Assembly: GCA_040402515.1 (NCBI GenBank)
Contig: JBBAML010000004.1
Coordinates: 1-53,542, forward strand
Direction: 5' to 3'
Source of the DNA: Rhodoluna sp.
GTDB lineage: Bacteria; Actinomycetota; Actinomycetes; Actinomycetales; Microbacteriaceae
Length of the DNA stretch: 53,542 nt
Below are positions 10,549-18,992 of the stretch, piece after piece; position 1 is the first letter of the stretch, and the number at the start of each line of letters is the position of its first letter. A program made the position numbers and the translations under genes. Under the pieces are notes generated by a model. It saw nothing but the letters and a program-made list of their open reading frames with translations, did not search any database and was not told where the DNA came from.

Positions 10549-11196
10549 ATGCCATTGACTCCAGAAGATGTAGTAAATAAGCGTTTTCAACCAACCAAAT
10601 TCCGTGAGGGATATGATCAGGATGAAGTCGATGACTTTCTTGATGAAATCGTTTTGGAAATGCGTCGCATCAACCAGGAAAACGAAGACCTTCGTCAGCG
10701 ACTCCTAGCAGCAGACGGTCGTATTGCCGAACTTCAGAGAAGCGGAGCTTCACTGGTTCAGCAGGTTAATACAGCTGAAGCTTCAATTCCAGCAAGCACA
10801 ACACCTAACTCAGAATTCCCTCAGGCAGCTCCAGATCTCACTGGATTTGAATCTAATAACACCAACAACTTGCTTCAGCTTGCAAGAAAGCTTCACGAGG
10901 AGCATGTTCGTGAAGGTCTTGAGAAGCGCGATGCTCTGATTGCTGAAGGTCACGCTACAGCTTCAAGAATTGTTCGAGAAGCTGAGGCTCAACACAAGGC
11001 AGATCTAAACAGACTTGAGCAAGAGAAGGCTTTGGCTGAGAACGATGTGCAGACCCTTCGTAACTTCGAGAAGGAATACCGCGCGAAACTCAAGTCATAC
11101 ATTGAATCTCAACTGAACGATCTTGAGGCTGCTTCAGGAAACAGTCAGAAGCCAGCAACGGGACCAACCGCAATCGCCAACACTTTCCAGATCTGA
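10549..11196 (+). CDS. divIVA: DivIVA/Wag31 polar growth protein
   Basis: MPLTPEDV.NKRF...REGYDQDEVDDFLD N-terminus followed by coiled coils. Confidence 0.96.
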   Translation: MPLTPEDVVNKRFQPTKFREGYDQDEVDDFLDEIVLEMRRINQENEDLRQRLLAADGRIAELQRSGASLVQQVNTAEASIPASTTPNSEFPQAAPDLTGFESNNTNNLLQLARKLHEEHVREGLEKRDALIAEGHATASRIVREAEAQHKADLNRLEQEKALAENDVQTLRNFEKEYRAKLKSYIESQLNDLEAASGNSQKPATGPTAIANTFQI

Positions 11197-11201
11197 TCTA
11201 G

Positions 11202-11708
11202 GTGAATACAACTAGCAAAAAGACTGCAACAGGAAAAACACTGTTGTTTCTCGGCATTGGCGTCGCTGTGGTGCTAGTCGATCAACTAACTAAGGCATTA
11301 GCAATAGCAAACCTTGCCCCATTCGAATCTGTTCCATTTATCTTTGACCTAGTCAGACTCACACTGGTTTTCAATGACAGCGCTGCTTTTTCACTTGGAG
11401 GATCAGCGACCTGGGTTTTCACCATTCTCTCTAGCCTCGCTACTTTGCTATTACTTTGGTTCGTTCCAAGATTCAGCACAACTGGTTGGGTGGTGCTTGG
11501 AGGTTTCGCTTTAGGTGGAGTTGCTGGAAACCTAGTTGATCGACTCTTCAGAGCACCGGGTTTTGCTAATGGTCACGTCGTTGATTTCATTCAGCTGCCA
11601 TTCAATTTTCCAATTTTCAACATCGCAGACTCTGCGATAACTATTTCAGCTCTAATCATCGCCATCCGAATTATGCGTGGTGAGAAACTAGGCGGGACAA
11701 GTGTCTGA
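11202..11708 (+). CDS. lspA: Lipoprotein signal peptidase II
   Basis: DQLTK, N..AAFS, GNLVDR, VVDF and FNIAD motifs. Confidence 0.96.
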   Translation: MNTTSKKTATGKTLLFLGIGVAVVLVDQLTKALAIANLAPFESVPFIFDLVRLTLVFNDSAAFSLGGSATWVFTILSSLATLLLLWFVPRFSTTGWVVLGGFALGGVAGNLVDRLFRAPGFANGHVVDFIQLPFNFPIFNIADSAITISALIIAIRIMRGEKLGGTSV

Positions 11709-12621
11709 GGATCGCCTGATTCAGGTGCCCGAAGGGATTGCAGGGGCTAGAGCTGACGCAGGCATTGCAAGACTCCTGGGCATGAGTCGAAGCGCAGTCG
11801 CAGATCTAATTGAAGCCGGCTTAGTGCAGCAAAACTCGCACATTATTTCTAAATCTGATTCTCTGATTCAAAATGCTTGGCTGACCATCACACTTCCTGC
11901 CCCTAAGGCACCTTTGGCTCTAGTTGCAGAACTAGTTCCAGATCTCAAAGTTGTTTACCAAGACGAAGATATTGTTGTTGTCGATAAGCCCGCTGGAGTT
12001 GCAGCTCATCCATCAGTTGGTTGGGATGGTCCAAGTGTTGGGGGAGCATTACTTGCTATGGGCATCGAAATGTCCACCAGCGGTGTTGCAGAGCGTCAAG
12101 GAATTGTAAGTCGACTCGATGTTGGTACCAGTGGTTTGATGGTCTTGACCAAGACTGAGATTGCATACAGTCGCATGAAGCAGGCATTTCGTGATCGAGT
12201 CGTTGATAAGACTTACCACGCTCTAGTCCAAGGTCATCCTGACCCAAGTTCAGGAACAATTGATGCACCGATTGCAAGACATCCGAAGCACGAATACAAG
12301 TTCACGGTTTCACAGGATGGCAAACCCTCGGTCACTCACTACAAAACCCTTGAAGCTTTCGTTGCAGCAAGCCTTCTTGAGATAGAACTTGAAACGGGTC
12401 GAACACATCAGATTCGAGTTCATTTCTCGTCGTTCAAGCATCCATTGGTGGGAGACACGCTCTACGGTTGTGATCCAAAGTTAGCGGCCAAACTCGGAAT
12501 TGAAAGACAGTGGCTTCATGCGATCAGGCTTGGCTTTATTCATCCAACCAAGGGGGAGTATGTTCTCTTTGAGAGCAGTTACCCTAAAGACCTATCCGAC
12601 TCTCTAGCGTTACTGCGCTGA
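11701..12621 (+). CDS. rluD: RluA/RluD family pseudouridine synthase
   Basis: S4-like N-terminus, VDKPAG, RLDVGTSG (catalytic Asp), GRTHQIRVH and LHA motifs. Confidence 0.93.
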   Translation: MSEDRLIQVPEGIAGARADAGIARLLGMSRSAVADLIEAGLVQQNSHIISKSDSLIQNAWLTITLPAPKAPLALVAELVPDLKVVYQDEDIVVVDKPAGVAAHPSVGWDGPSVGGALLAMGIEMSTSGVAERQGIVSRLDVGTSGLMVLTKTEIAYSRMKQAFRDRVVDKTYHALVQGHPDPSSGTIDAPIARHPKHEYKFTVSQDGKPSVTHYKTLEAFVAASLLEIELETGRTHQIRVHFSSFKHPLVGDTLYGCDPKLAAKLGIERQWLHAIRLGFIHPTKGEYVLFESSYPKDLSDSLALLR

Positions 12622-12700
12622 GCAGTCGGAGTGGCAAAATTAGTTGACGTAGGGTCAAGTTAGGCTAAATGCCCTAGTCCAAAAATGAGGTTTAGAACTA

Positions 12701-15700
12701 ATGTCCAATAGCAGCGATAACTTTGTGCACTTGCATGTGCACACCGAGTATTCCATGCTTGATGGTGCCGCTAAGGTGGACAAACTTCTGGATAAAGCGG
12801 TTGATTTTGGCATGCCGGCGATTGCTATCACCGATCACGGAAATAACTTTGGTGCTTTTGATTTCTGGGAGCAGGCAACCAAAAAAGGCATCAAACCAAT
12901 CATTGGAATTGAAGCCTATTTAGCTCCAGGTTCAAGGCTTGATAAGACCAGAACATACTGGGCTGACGGTGGGGAAGACGACTTAGCTAAAGGTGCATAC
13001 TCGCACCTAACCATGCTCTCCACTGATAACGAGAGCATGATGAACCTCTTTAAGTTAAGTTCCTACGCCTGGCTTGAGGGTTACTACTTTCAGCCTCGTA
13101 TGGACAGAGAGTTACTTTCTAAATACGCCAAGGGAATAGTCGCCACATCTGGATGTGCCAGCGGTGAAGTTCAAACTAGGTTGCGACTTGGGCAATACAA
13201 AGAAGCTTTAGAAACTGCTGCCGAATTCAGAGACATCTTTGGTAAAGAGAACTACTACATCGAGATTATGGATCATGGTGCTTCTGTTGAAAGACGAAGT
13301 TTTAGCGACCTGATAAAGCTATCTAAGGATTTGGGCATTCCTCTGGTTGCAACCAATGATTTGCATTACACAGAAGCAGGTCACGCTGATGCACAAGAGG
13401 CTTTGCTATGTGTTCAAACTGGAACCAAACTGACCGATGAGAAGAGATTCAAGTTTGACGGTGAGGGTTACTACCTCAAGAGCGCTAAAGCCATGCGTGA
13501 ACTATTCGCAGAATTCCCTGAGGCTTGCGATAACACCTTGTTGATTGCTGAGCGATCAGATATCAAATTTGCTAAACGAAATTTGATGCCAAGATTCCAA
13601 GTCCCTGAGGGTCACACTGAGGCTTCCTGGTTTGAAGCAGAAGTGATGCGCGGAATGCATGAACGGTTTGGTAAGGATATTGAGAAGCTCTACCTAGAAC
13701 GTATTGCGTTTGAGATTGAAGTAATCAAGAACATGAATTTCCCTGGTTACTTCCTAGTGGTAGCTGACTTTATTACTTGGGCTAGAAATCAAGGCATCAG
13801 AGTAGGCCCTGGCCGTGGTTCGGCAGCAGGCTCGCTTGTTGCCTTTGCTCTTGGAATTACAGCACTTGACCCAATCAAATACGGGTTGCTCTTTGAGCGT
13901 TTCCTAAACCCTGGACGTGTCAGCCTTCCCGATATCGATGTTGACTTTGATGATCGTCGTCGTGGTGAAGTGATTAGGTATGTTACTCAGAAGTACGGTG
14001 ATGACAGAGTTGCCCAGATTATTACCTATGGAACCATCAAGGCAAAACAGAGCTTGAAAGACGCTGCACGTGTTCTTGGAATGGATTACTCCGTAGGTGA
14101 AAAACTGACCAAGGCTATGCCTCGCATGGTTCTTGGAAAAGACATGACTCTAAGCGAGATGGTTGAAGACCCTAACAACAGACCTGTTGTTGAGTATTCA
14201 TCAGATGACCCTGTTGAAGATGAGTTTGATGAAGAAACTCCAGATTTCGAACCAGTAGCAATTGAGCCGGCTGCCATGGATTCAAAGAGCAGATACAAAG
14301 AGGCAGCAGAATTTAGAAAGATTCTTGAAGAAGACCCTGATGCAAGAAAGACTTTTGAACTCGCTAGGGGCTTAGAAGGTCTAAAGCGCCAAACAAGCGT
14401 GCACGCAGCCGGTGTCATCATGTCTGCAGAACCGCTGCTAGATGTGATCCCAGTTATCCGTCGTGATGACGATGGGGCAATCATTACCGCATTTGCCCAG
14501 CACCCTTGTGAAGAATTAGGTCTAGTGAAGATGGACTTCCTGGGACTTAGAAACCTAACTGTCCTTGATAGAGCAATCGAAAATGCCGTATCTAACCGAG
14601 GTGTGACAGTTGTTTTGGAAGATCTAGATCTTGATGGTGATGAGAACACCTACGAGATGCTTTCAAGAGGAGACACACTCGGAGTTTTCCAGCTCGATGG
14701 TGGTCAGATGAGATCGCTCCTAAGGCTTCTGAAGCCAACAAAGTTTGAGCACATCTCTGCGGCTATTGCTCTCTACCGTCCAGGACCGATGGGTATGGGT
14801 TCGCATACTTCTTACGCTCAACGTAAAAACGGTAAAGAGCAAAACATTCCTATTCACCCAACCCTTGAACAGCCTCTGGCTGAGGTTCTAGATCCAACCT
14901 ACGGCTTGATTGTCTATCAAGAGCAGGTAATGGCGGTAGCGCAGAAGGTAGCGAACTTCAGCCTTGCTAAAGCTGATGAGCTACGTCGAGCTATGGGTAA
15001 GAAGAAGAAGGAAGAACTAGACGCTCAAAAAGTTGGCTTCGTCGCTGGAATGAAAGAAAACGGCTACGTAGACGAGGCAATTGAAAAGCTTTGGGAAACT
15101 CTGCTTCCATTCGCTGACTACGCCTTCAACAAGGCTCACAGCGCTGCTTACGGAGTGCTTTCATACTGGACCGCATACATGAAGGCAAACTTCCCACAGG
15201 AATACATGGCAGCACTGCTGACCTCTGTGAAGAGCTCTCGTGACCGCCTAAGTATTTATCTAAGCGAAGCTAGGAGAGCAGGAATTCAAGTGCTTGCTCC
15301 AGATGTTAACGACTCGATTGCGGACTTTAGAGCGGTTGGCAGTGACATTCGTTTTGGGTTGGAAGCTATTCGCAATGTTGGTATCGGAGTGGTCCAAGAA
15401 ATAGTTAAGACAAGAGAGACTGAAGGTCGTTTCACTTCGTTCCAGGATTTCGTATCTAAAGTTCCCGCTTCTGTTTGTTCCAAAAAGGTAATCGAGTCAC
15501 TTATCAAAGCAGGTGCATTCGATTCATTTGGAATGAGTAGAAGATCGCTCTTTGAAGCACACGAGCAGATTATTGAAGCAGAGCTCAAGGCAAAGAAATC
15601 TAAGTCAACTGGTGAGCTTGATCTCTTTGATGACTTTGAAGACAGTCACCACTCACAGACGATTGCGCAACTAGCAGAGTGGCCACAGCGACAATTGCTT

Positions 15701-16411
15701 AGCCTCGAGCGAGAGATGCTTGGTCTTTATGTCAGCGCTCACCCTCTGCAAGGCGCTGAAGGAAAACTCCGCTCTAGCGCAACGGAAACCATTTCCTCAT
15801 TCATCACCCGCAAAGATTTTGCAGAAACTGAGGCGGTAACGCTTGCTGGTTTGATTACCGTCGTGGATGTGAAAACTGCAAGGTCATCTGGAAACGTCTA
15901 CGCTAACGTGACCATCGAAGATCTTGAAGCTGAAGTTTCGCTAATGATTTTTAGTAAGACCTACCTTGAAAATATCGACAAACTAAAGGTTGATACTTTG
16001 GTTGCAGTTCGAGGTCGAATGAGACCTCGTGACGACGGCTTTGCTCTAAACGTCAACGATATTCAAGTTCTTGAAAAGGACGACAATCGATATGCAGGTC
16101 CTTTGAAAGTTGTTATTGCAGAGCATTTAGCTTCGCGATCAAACATTGAACTTCTGGATTCTGTCTTCAAGAAATACCCGGGTCAGACTGAAGTGCAGTT
16201 GCTCTTGAAGAGTGATTCAGAAGTTAAGACTTTCAAGCTGAAGCACAAGGTATTCGTTGGCGATGCACTTATCTCAGAGGTCAAACAACACTTTGGAACT
16301 TCAGCCCTGGACGAAGTTTTCTTTAGCCAGTCAGAATTAGCTGATGCGGTCGCCGGGGACAACGTAACCACGTTGGTGGTAGAGAAGGCTGGGGAGCTCT
16401 TCGGCGAATAA
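12701..16411 (+). CDS. dnaE: DNA polymerase III alpha subunit
   Basis: PHP HLHVHTEYSMLDG/TDHG/TNDLHY, GRGSAAGS, PDIDVD, KMDFLGL, YAFNKAH, OB-fold. Confidence 0.99.
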   Translation: MSNSSDNFVHLHVHTEYSMLDGAAKVDKLLDKAVDFGMPAIAITDHGNNFGAFDFWEQATKKGIKPIIGIEAYLAPGSRLDKTRTYWADGGEDDLAKGAYSHLTMLSTDNESMMNLFKLSSYAWLEGYYFQPRMDRELLSKYAKGIVATSGCASGEVQTRLRLGQYKEALETAAEFRDIFGKENYYIEIMDHGASVERRSFSDLIKLSKDLGIPLVATNDLHYTEAGHADAQEALLCVQTGTKLTDEKRFKFDGEGYYLKSAKAMRELFAEFPEACDNTLLIAERSDIKFAKRNLMPRFQVPEGHTEASWFEAEVMRGMHERFGKDIEKLYLERIAFEIEVIKNMNFPGYFLVVADFITWARNQGIRVGPGRGSAAGSLVAFALGITALDPIKYGLLFERFLNPGRVSLPDIDVDFDDRRRGEVIRYVTQKYGDDRVAQIITYGTIKAKQSLKDAARVLGMDYSVGEKLTKAMPRMVLGKDMTLSEMVEDPNNRPVVEYSSDDPVEDEFDEETPDFEPVAIEPAAMDSKSRYKEAAEFRKILEEDPDARKTFELARGLEGLKRQTSVHAAGVIMSAEPLLDVIPVIRRDDDGAIITAFAQHPCEELGLVKMDFLGLRNLTVLDRAIENAVSNRGVTVVLEDLDLDGDENTYEMLSRGDTLGVFQLDGGQMRSLLRLLKPTKFEHISAAIALYRPGPMGMGSHTSYAQRKNGKEQNIPIHPTLEQPLAEVLDPTYGLIVYQEQVMAVAQKVANFSLAKADELRRAMGKKKKEELDAQKVGFVAGMKENGYVDEAIEKLWETLLPFADYAFNKAHSAAYGVLSYWTAYMKANFPQEYMAALLTSVKSSRDRLSIYLSEARRAGIQVLAPDVNDSIADFRAVGSDIRFGLEAIRNVGIGVVQEIVKTRETEGRFTSFQDFVSKVPASVCSKKVIESLIKAGAFDSFGMSRRSLFEAHEQIIEAELKAKKSKSTGELDLFDDFEDSHHSQTIAQLAEWPQRQLLSLEREMLGLYVSAHPLQGAEGKLRSSATETISSFITRKDFAETEAVTLAGLITVVDVKTARSSGNVYANVTIEDLEAEVSLMIFSKTYLENIDKLKVDTLVAVRGRMRPRDDGFALNVNDIQVLEKDDNRYAGPLKVVIAEHLASRSNIELLDSVFKKYPGQTEVQLLLKSDSEVKTFKLKHKVFVGDALISEVKQHFGTSALDEVFFSQSELADAVAGDNVTTLVVEKAGELFGE

Positions 16412-16837
16412 GCCTTCGAGAATCTCGACTACCACTACGGCGTTTTTTTCAATTTCGTGGCGAGCCACTACTTTACAAATCAACGCAGCGTTAATTTTTT
16501 CAAAAATCGGCAGATTAGTTTTAGGTTCTCTAAACCAGTCATTCGGGGTGAATCTCTGAGTATGATCCTGAGACATTCTGATAGCTAGCGGGAGACTGCT
16601 TTCGTTAAGCATCTGTATTGAGACATACTCAGCGACTGCTAGCGCTGGCCAGCTGCTAGCGCCTCTAGCAACGTTGAATGAAGCTAGAGCTGGTTCAGAA
16701 CCAAGTGAAGTTACAGAGGTCGCTGTGAAGCCAACTGGGTTACCTTCAGGGTCATTCATGGTAATTAGACAAACACCCGAGGCATGGCGACGGAAAGCTG
16801 CCTTCAGTGCCTCAGTGGTATCGGTTATGTGCTCCAA
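16337..16837 (-). CDS. Flavin reductase (DIM6/NTAB) family protein
   Basis: AFRRHASGV.LIT, GFTATSVTSL..EP and LLYH motifs; AAGGA SD before TTG. Confidence 0.88.
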   Translation of the reverse strand: MEHITDTTEALKAAFRRHASGVCLITMNDPEGNPVGFTATSVTSLGSEPALASFNVARGASSWPALAVAEYVSIQMLNESSLPLAIRMSQDHTQRFTPNDWFREPKTNLPIFEKINAALICKVVARHEIEKNAVVVVEILEGLFAEELPSLLYHQRGYVVPGDRIS

Positions 16838-16927
16838 GATGTATTCCTTACTTTCATACCAAGGCTAACTCAGTTAGCGTTTGGCCATTCGCTTACAATA
16901 GTCAAAAGTCAGAAAGTTAAGCAATTC

Positions 16928-18238
16928 ATGGGCAACGACATCAGAGTTCTGGATCTTCGTGATCAGGAAATTACCCGTGAATTAGTCGCGACTGAATTGC
17001 CTAGAGCAAGTATTGATGTCTCGCAAGCCGCTGAGTCAATCAAGCCGCTGCTTGCTGAGATACAAAGAGATGGCGCAAAAGCTCTGGTTAGAGTGGCTAA
17101 AGCCATTGATGGCATAGATATCGAACCAATCAAGGTTTCAACTCTCGAATTGGCTCAAGCGCTCGAGCACCTAGATTCTGAACTCAGAACCTCAATTGAG
17201 ATAGCAATCGATCGAGTCAAAAGAGTCTCAAAGGCAAATATGCCATCCAAGACCAGTGTTTCTCTGGCTGAAGGGGCAACAGTTAGCCAACGGTGGCAGG
17301 CTGTTGAGTCGGTGGGGCTTTATGTTCCTGGGGGAAAGGCTGTTTACCCATCCAGCGTTGTAATGAACGTTGTTCCAGCGCAGGTTGCAGGGGTAAAGCA
17401 AATCTCGATCGCAACCCCTGGCCAAAAAGCATTCGGGGGAAGACCCAATCCAACAGTGCTAGCTACTGCAGCTCTATTAGGTGTTGAAGATGTCTACGTC
17501 ATTGGCGGACCGGCTGCAGTGGCTGCTTTTGCCTTCGGAGTGCCTGAAATTGGCTTAGAACCAGTAGAGCTAGTTACTGGTCCCGGAAATGTTTATGTTG
17601 CTGCCGCTAAGCGTTTACTGCAGGGGAAAATTGCCATTGATTCGGAGGCGGGACCCACCGAAATCCTGATTTTGGCAGACAAATCAGCTAATCCTCGATT
17701 TGTTGCAGCAGATCTGCTTTCACAGGCTGAACACGATGAATTGGCCGCAGCCGTCCTAGTGACCGATTCTGAGGAACTAATCGCTCAGGTGCTCCAGGAA
17801 GTCGGTTCACAGCTGACCACAACTGAGAACCAAGTGCGCGCAGCCGCTGCCTTGAAGGCCCAGCAGAGCGCTCTTGTGCTGGTCTCAGGCATAGAGCAGG
17901 GCATTGCCATTGCAAATCACTACGCCACAGAACATCTCTCGATTCAGATGGCTGATCCAGAGGCAGTTTCGGATCAAATTACGAATGCCGGAGCTCTATT
18001 CCTGGGTGCTTTCTCGCCAGTTTCACTGGGGGATTACCTAGCAGGGTCTAATCACGTGCTGCCAACCGGTGGACAGGCGAGATTCAGCTCGGGATTGGGA
18101 GTTCACACGTTCTTGAGGGCCCAGCAGCTCATCGACTACAGCGCATCGGCTTTGTCAGAGGTGGCAAATAATGTTGTTGCTATCGCCAGCCAAGAGGGTC
18201 TTTCAGCCCACGGTGACGCGATAAAGGTACGTTTCTAA
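16928..18238 (+). CDS. hisD: Histidinol dehydrogenase
   Basis: GLYVPGG, GPGNVYV, EAGPTE, QAEHD, EHL and GDYLAGSNHVLPT motifs; start moved to ATG 16928. Confidence 0.97.
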   Translation: MGNDIRVLDLRDQEITRELVATELPRASIDVSQAAESIKPLLAEIQRDGAKALVRVAKAIDGIDIEPIKVSTLELAQALEHLDSELRTSIEIAIDRVKRVSKANMPSKTSVSLAEGATVSQRWQAVESVGLYVPGGKAVYPSSVVMNVVPAQVAGVKQISIATPGQKAFGGRPNPTVLATAALLGVEDVYVIGGPAAVAAFAFGVPEIGLEPVELVTGPGNVYVAAAKRLLQGKIAIDSEAGPTEILILADKSANPRFVAADLLSQAEHDELAAAVLVTDSEELIAQVLQEVGSQLTTTENQVRAAAALKAQQSALVLVSGIEQGIAIANHYATEHLSIQMADPEAVSDQITNAGALFLGAFSPVSLGDYLAGSNHVLPTGGQARFSSGLGVHTFLRAQQLIDYSASALSEVANNVVAIASQEGLSAHGDAIKVRF

Positions 18239-18360
18239 ACAATCTTTTTGTAACAGAAAGATTAAATCTTTGGTTGAAGGTTAGTGTTTTGCATGCGCTT
18301 TCCCCGTAGTTATAGGCAACACGCCGACTTCTAATGAAATTTGCTTCTAGGAAGACAAAA

Positions 18361-18376
18361 CCACAAGATATAGGGA
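18361..18376. promoter_or_regulatory. NrdR box 1
   Basis: CCACAAGATATAGGGA matches the aCaCwAtATaTwGtGt consensus; upstream of nrdR-nrdJ. Confidence 0.85.
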
Positions 18377-18391
18377 CGGAGAAATGAAATA

Positions 18392-18407
18392 TCACCACAT
18401 CTTGTGT
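18392..18407. promoter_or_regulatory. NrdR box 2
   Basis: TCACCACATCTTGTGT; starts 31 bp after box 1, the typical tandem spacing. Confidence 0.88.
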
Positions 18408-18469
18408 GTATATTTGGTTTCTCTTGAGTAAATTATTCGAAAACGACCCTAGAAGAGTGGAGGCAAACC

Positions 18470-18940
18470 GTGCATTGTCCGTTTTGCCGCCATATTGACT
18501 CTAGAGTCATGGATTCACGCACTTCTGAGGATGGATCAAGCATCCGCAGAAGGCGCCAATGTCCCGAATGTGGCGCTCGTTTCTCTACTTTGGAGACTTC
18601 AAGTCTCTTGGTAGCAAAAAGGGGAGGCACAACCGAGCCGTTCAGCAGAGACAAGATTGTCAATGGTGTTCGTAAAGCTTGCCAGGGAAGACCTGTTACA
18701 GAGTCAGACCTAGCAATGCTTGCTCAAACAGTTGAAGAAACGATCAGAGCAACAGGAACAGCCCAAGTTGAGGCTCAAGAGGTTGGTTTAGCCATCCTTG
18801 AACCACTTCGCAAGCTAGACGAAGTGGCTTTTATGAGATTTGCCAGCGTTTACCAAGGCTGGGAAAGCTTAGAAGATTTCGAAGCAGCAATAGCGGTGCT
18901 CAAAGTTGAGCGCGAAAACCAGATTTCGCAACCGGTCTAA
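18470..18940 (+). CDS. nrdR: Transcriptional repressor NrdR
   Basis: [20 protein letters not shown] zinc ribbon, ATP-cone, [12 protein letters not shown]. Confidence 0.98.
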   Translation: MHCPFCRHIDSRVMDSRTSEDGSSIRRRRQCPECGARFSTLETSSLLVAKRGGTTEPFSRDKIVNGVRKACQGRPVTESDLAMLAQTVEETIRATGTAQVEAQEVGLAILEPLRKLDEVAFMRFASVYQGWESLEDFEAAIAVLKVERENQISQPV

Positions 18941-18992
18941 CCGAGTGCGATTACAACATAAAAACTAAACAACTAAGAGGAAAGGCAACAAA

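Noticed and set aside
12622-12670. PafBC (RecA-NDp) motif upstream of dnaE
   Set aside because: AGTCGG is not followed by TAnnnT at the required 10-nt spacing.
14174-14290. Possible intein or intron in dnaE
   Set aside because: Far too short, in frame, and lacks Cys/Ser start and His-Asn end motifs.
16784-16927. N-terminal extensions in the ORF track (hisD; likewise murD, ftsQ, yczE, NUDIX, sirtuin)
   Set aside because: They overlap neighbouring genes, promoters or hairpins; downstream starts fit better.
18303-18318. Third NrdR-like box
   Set aside because: Only a partial match, and its spacing from box 1 is not the usual tandem spacing.
18239-18469. Cobalamin riboswitch or sRNA in the long hisD-nrdR spacer
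   Set aside because: No recognisable B12-box or GC-rich helices; the spacer is explained by an AT-rich hairpin (18241-18263), a promoter and two NrdR boxes.
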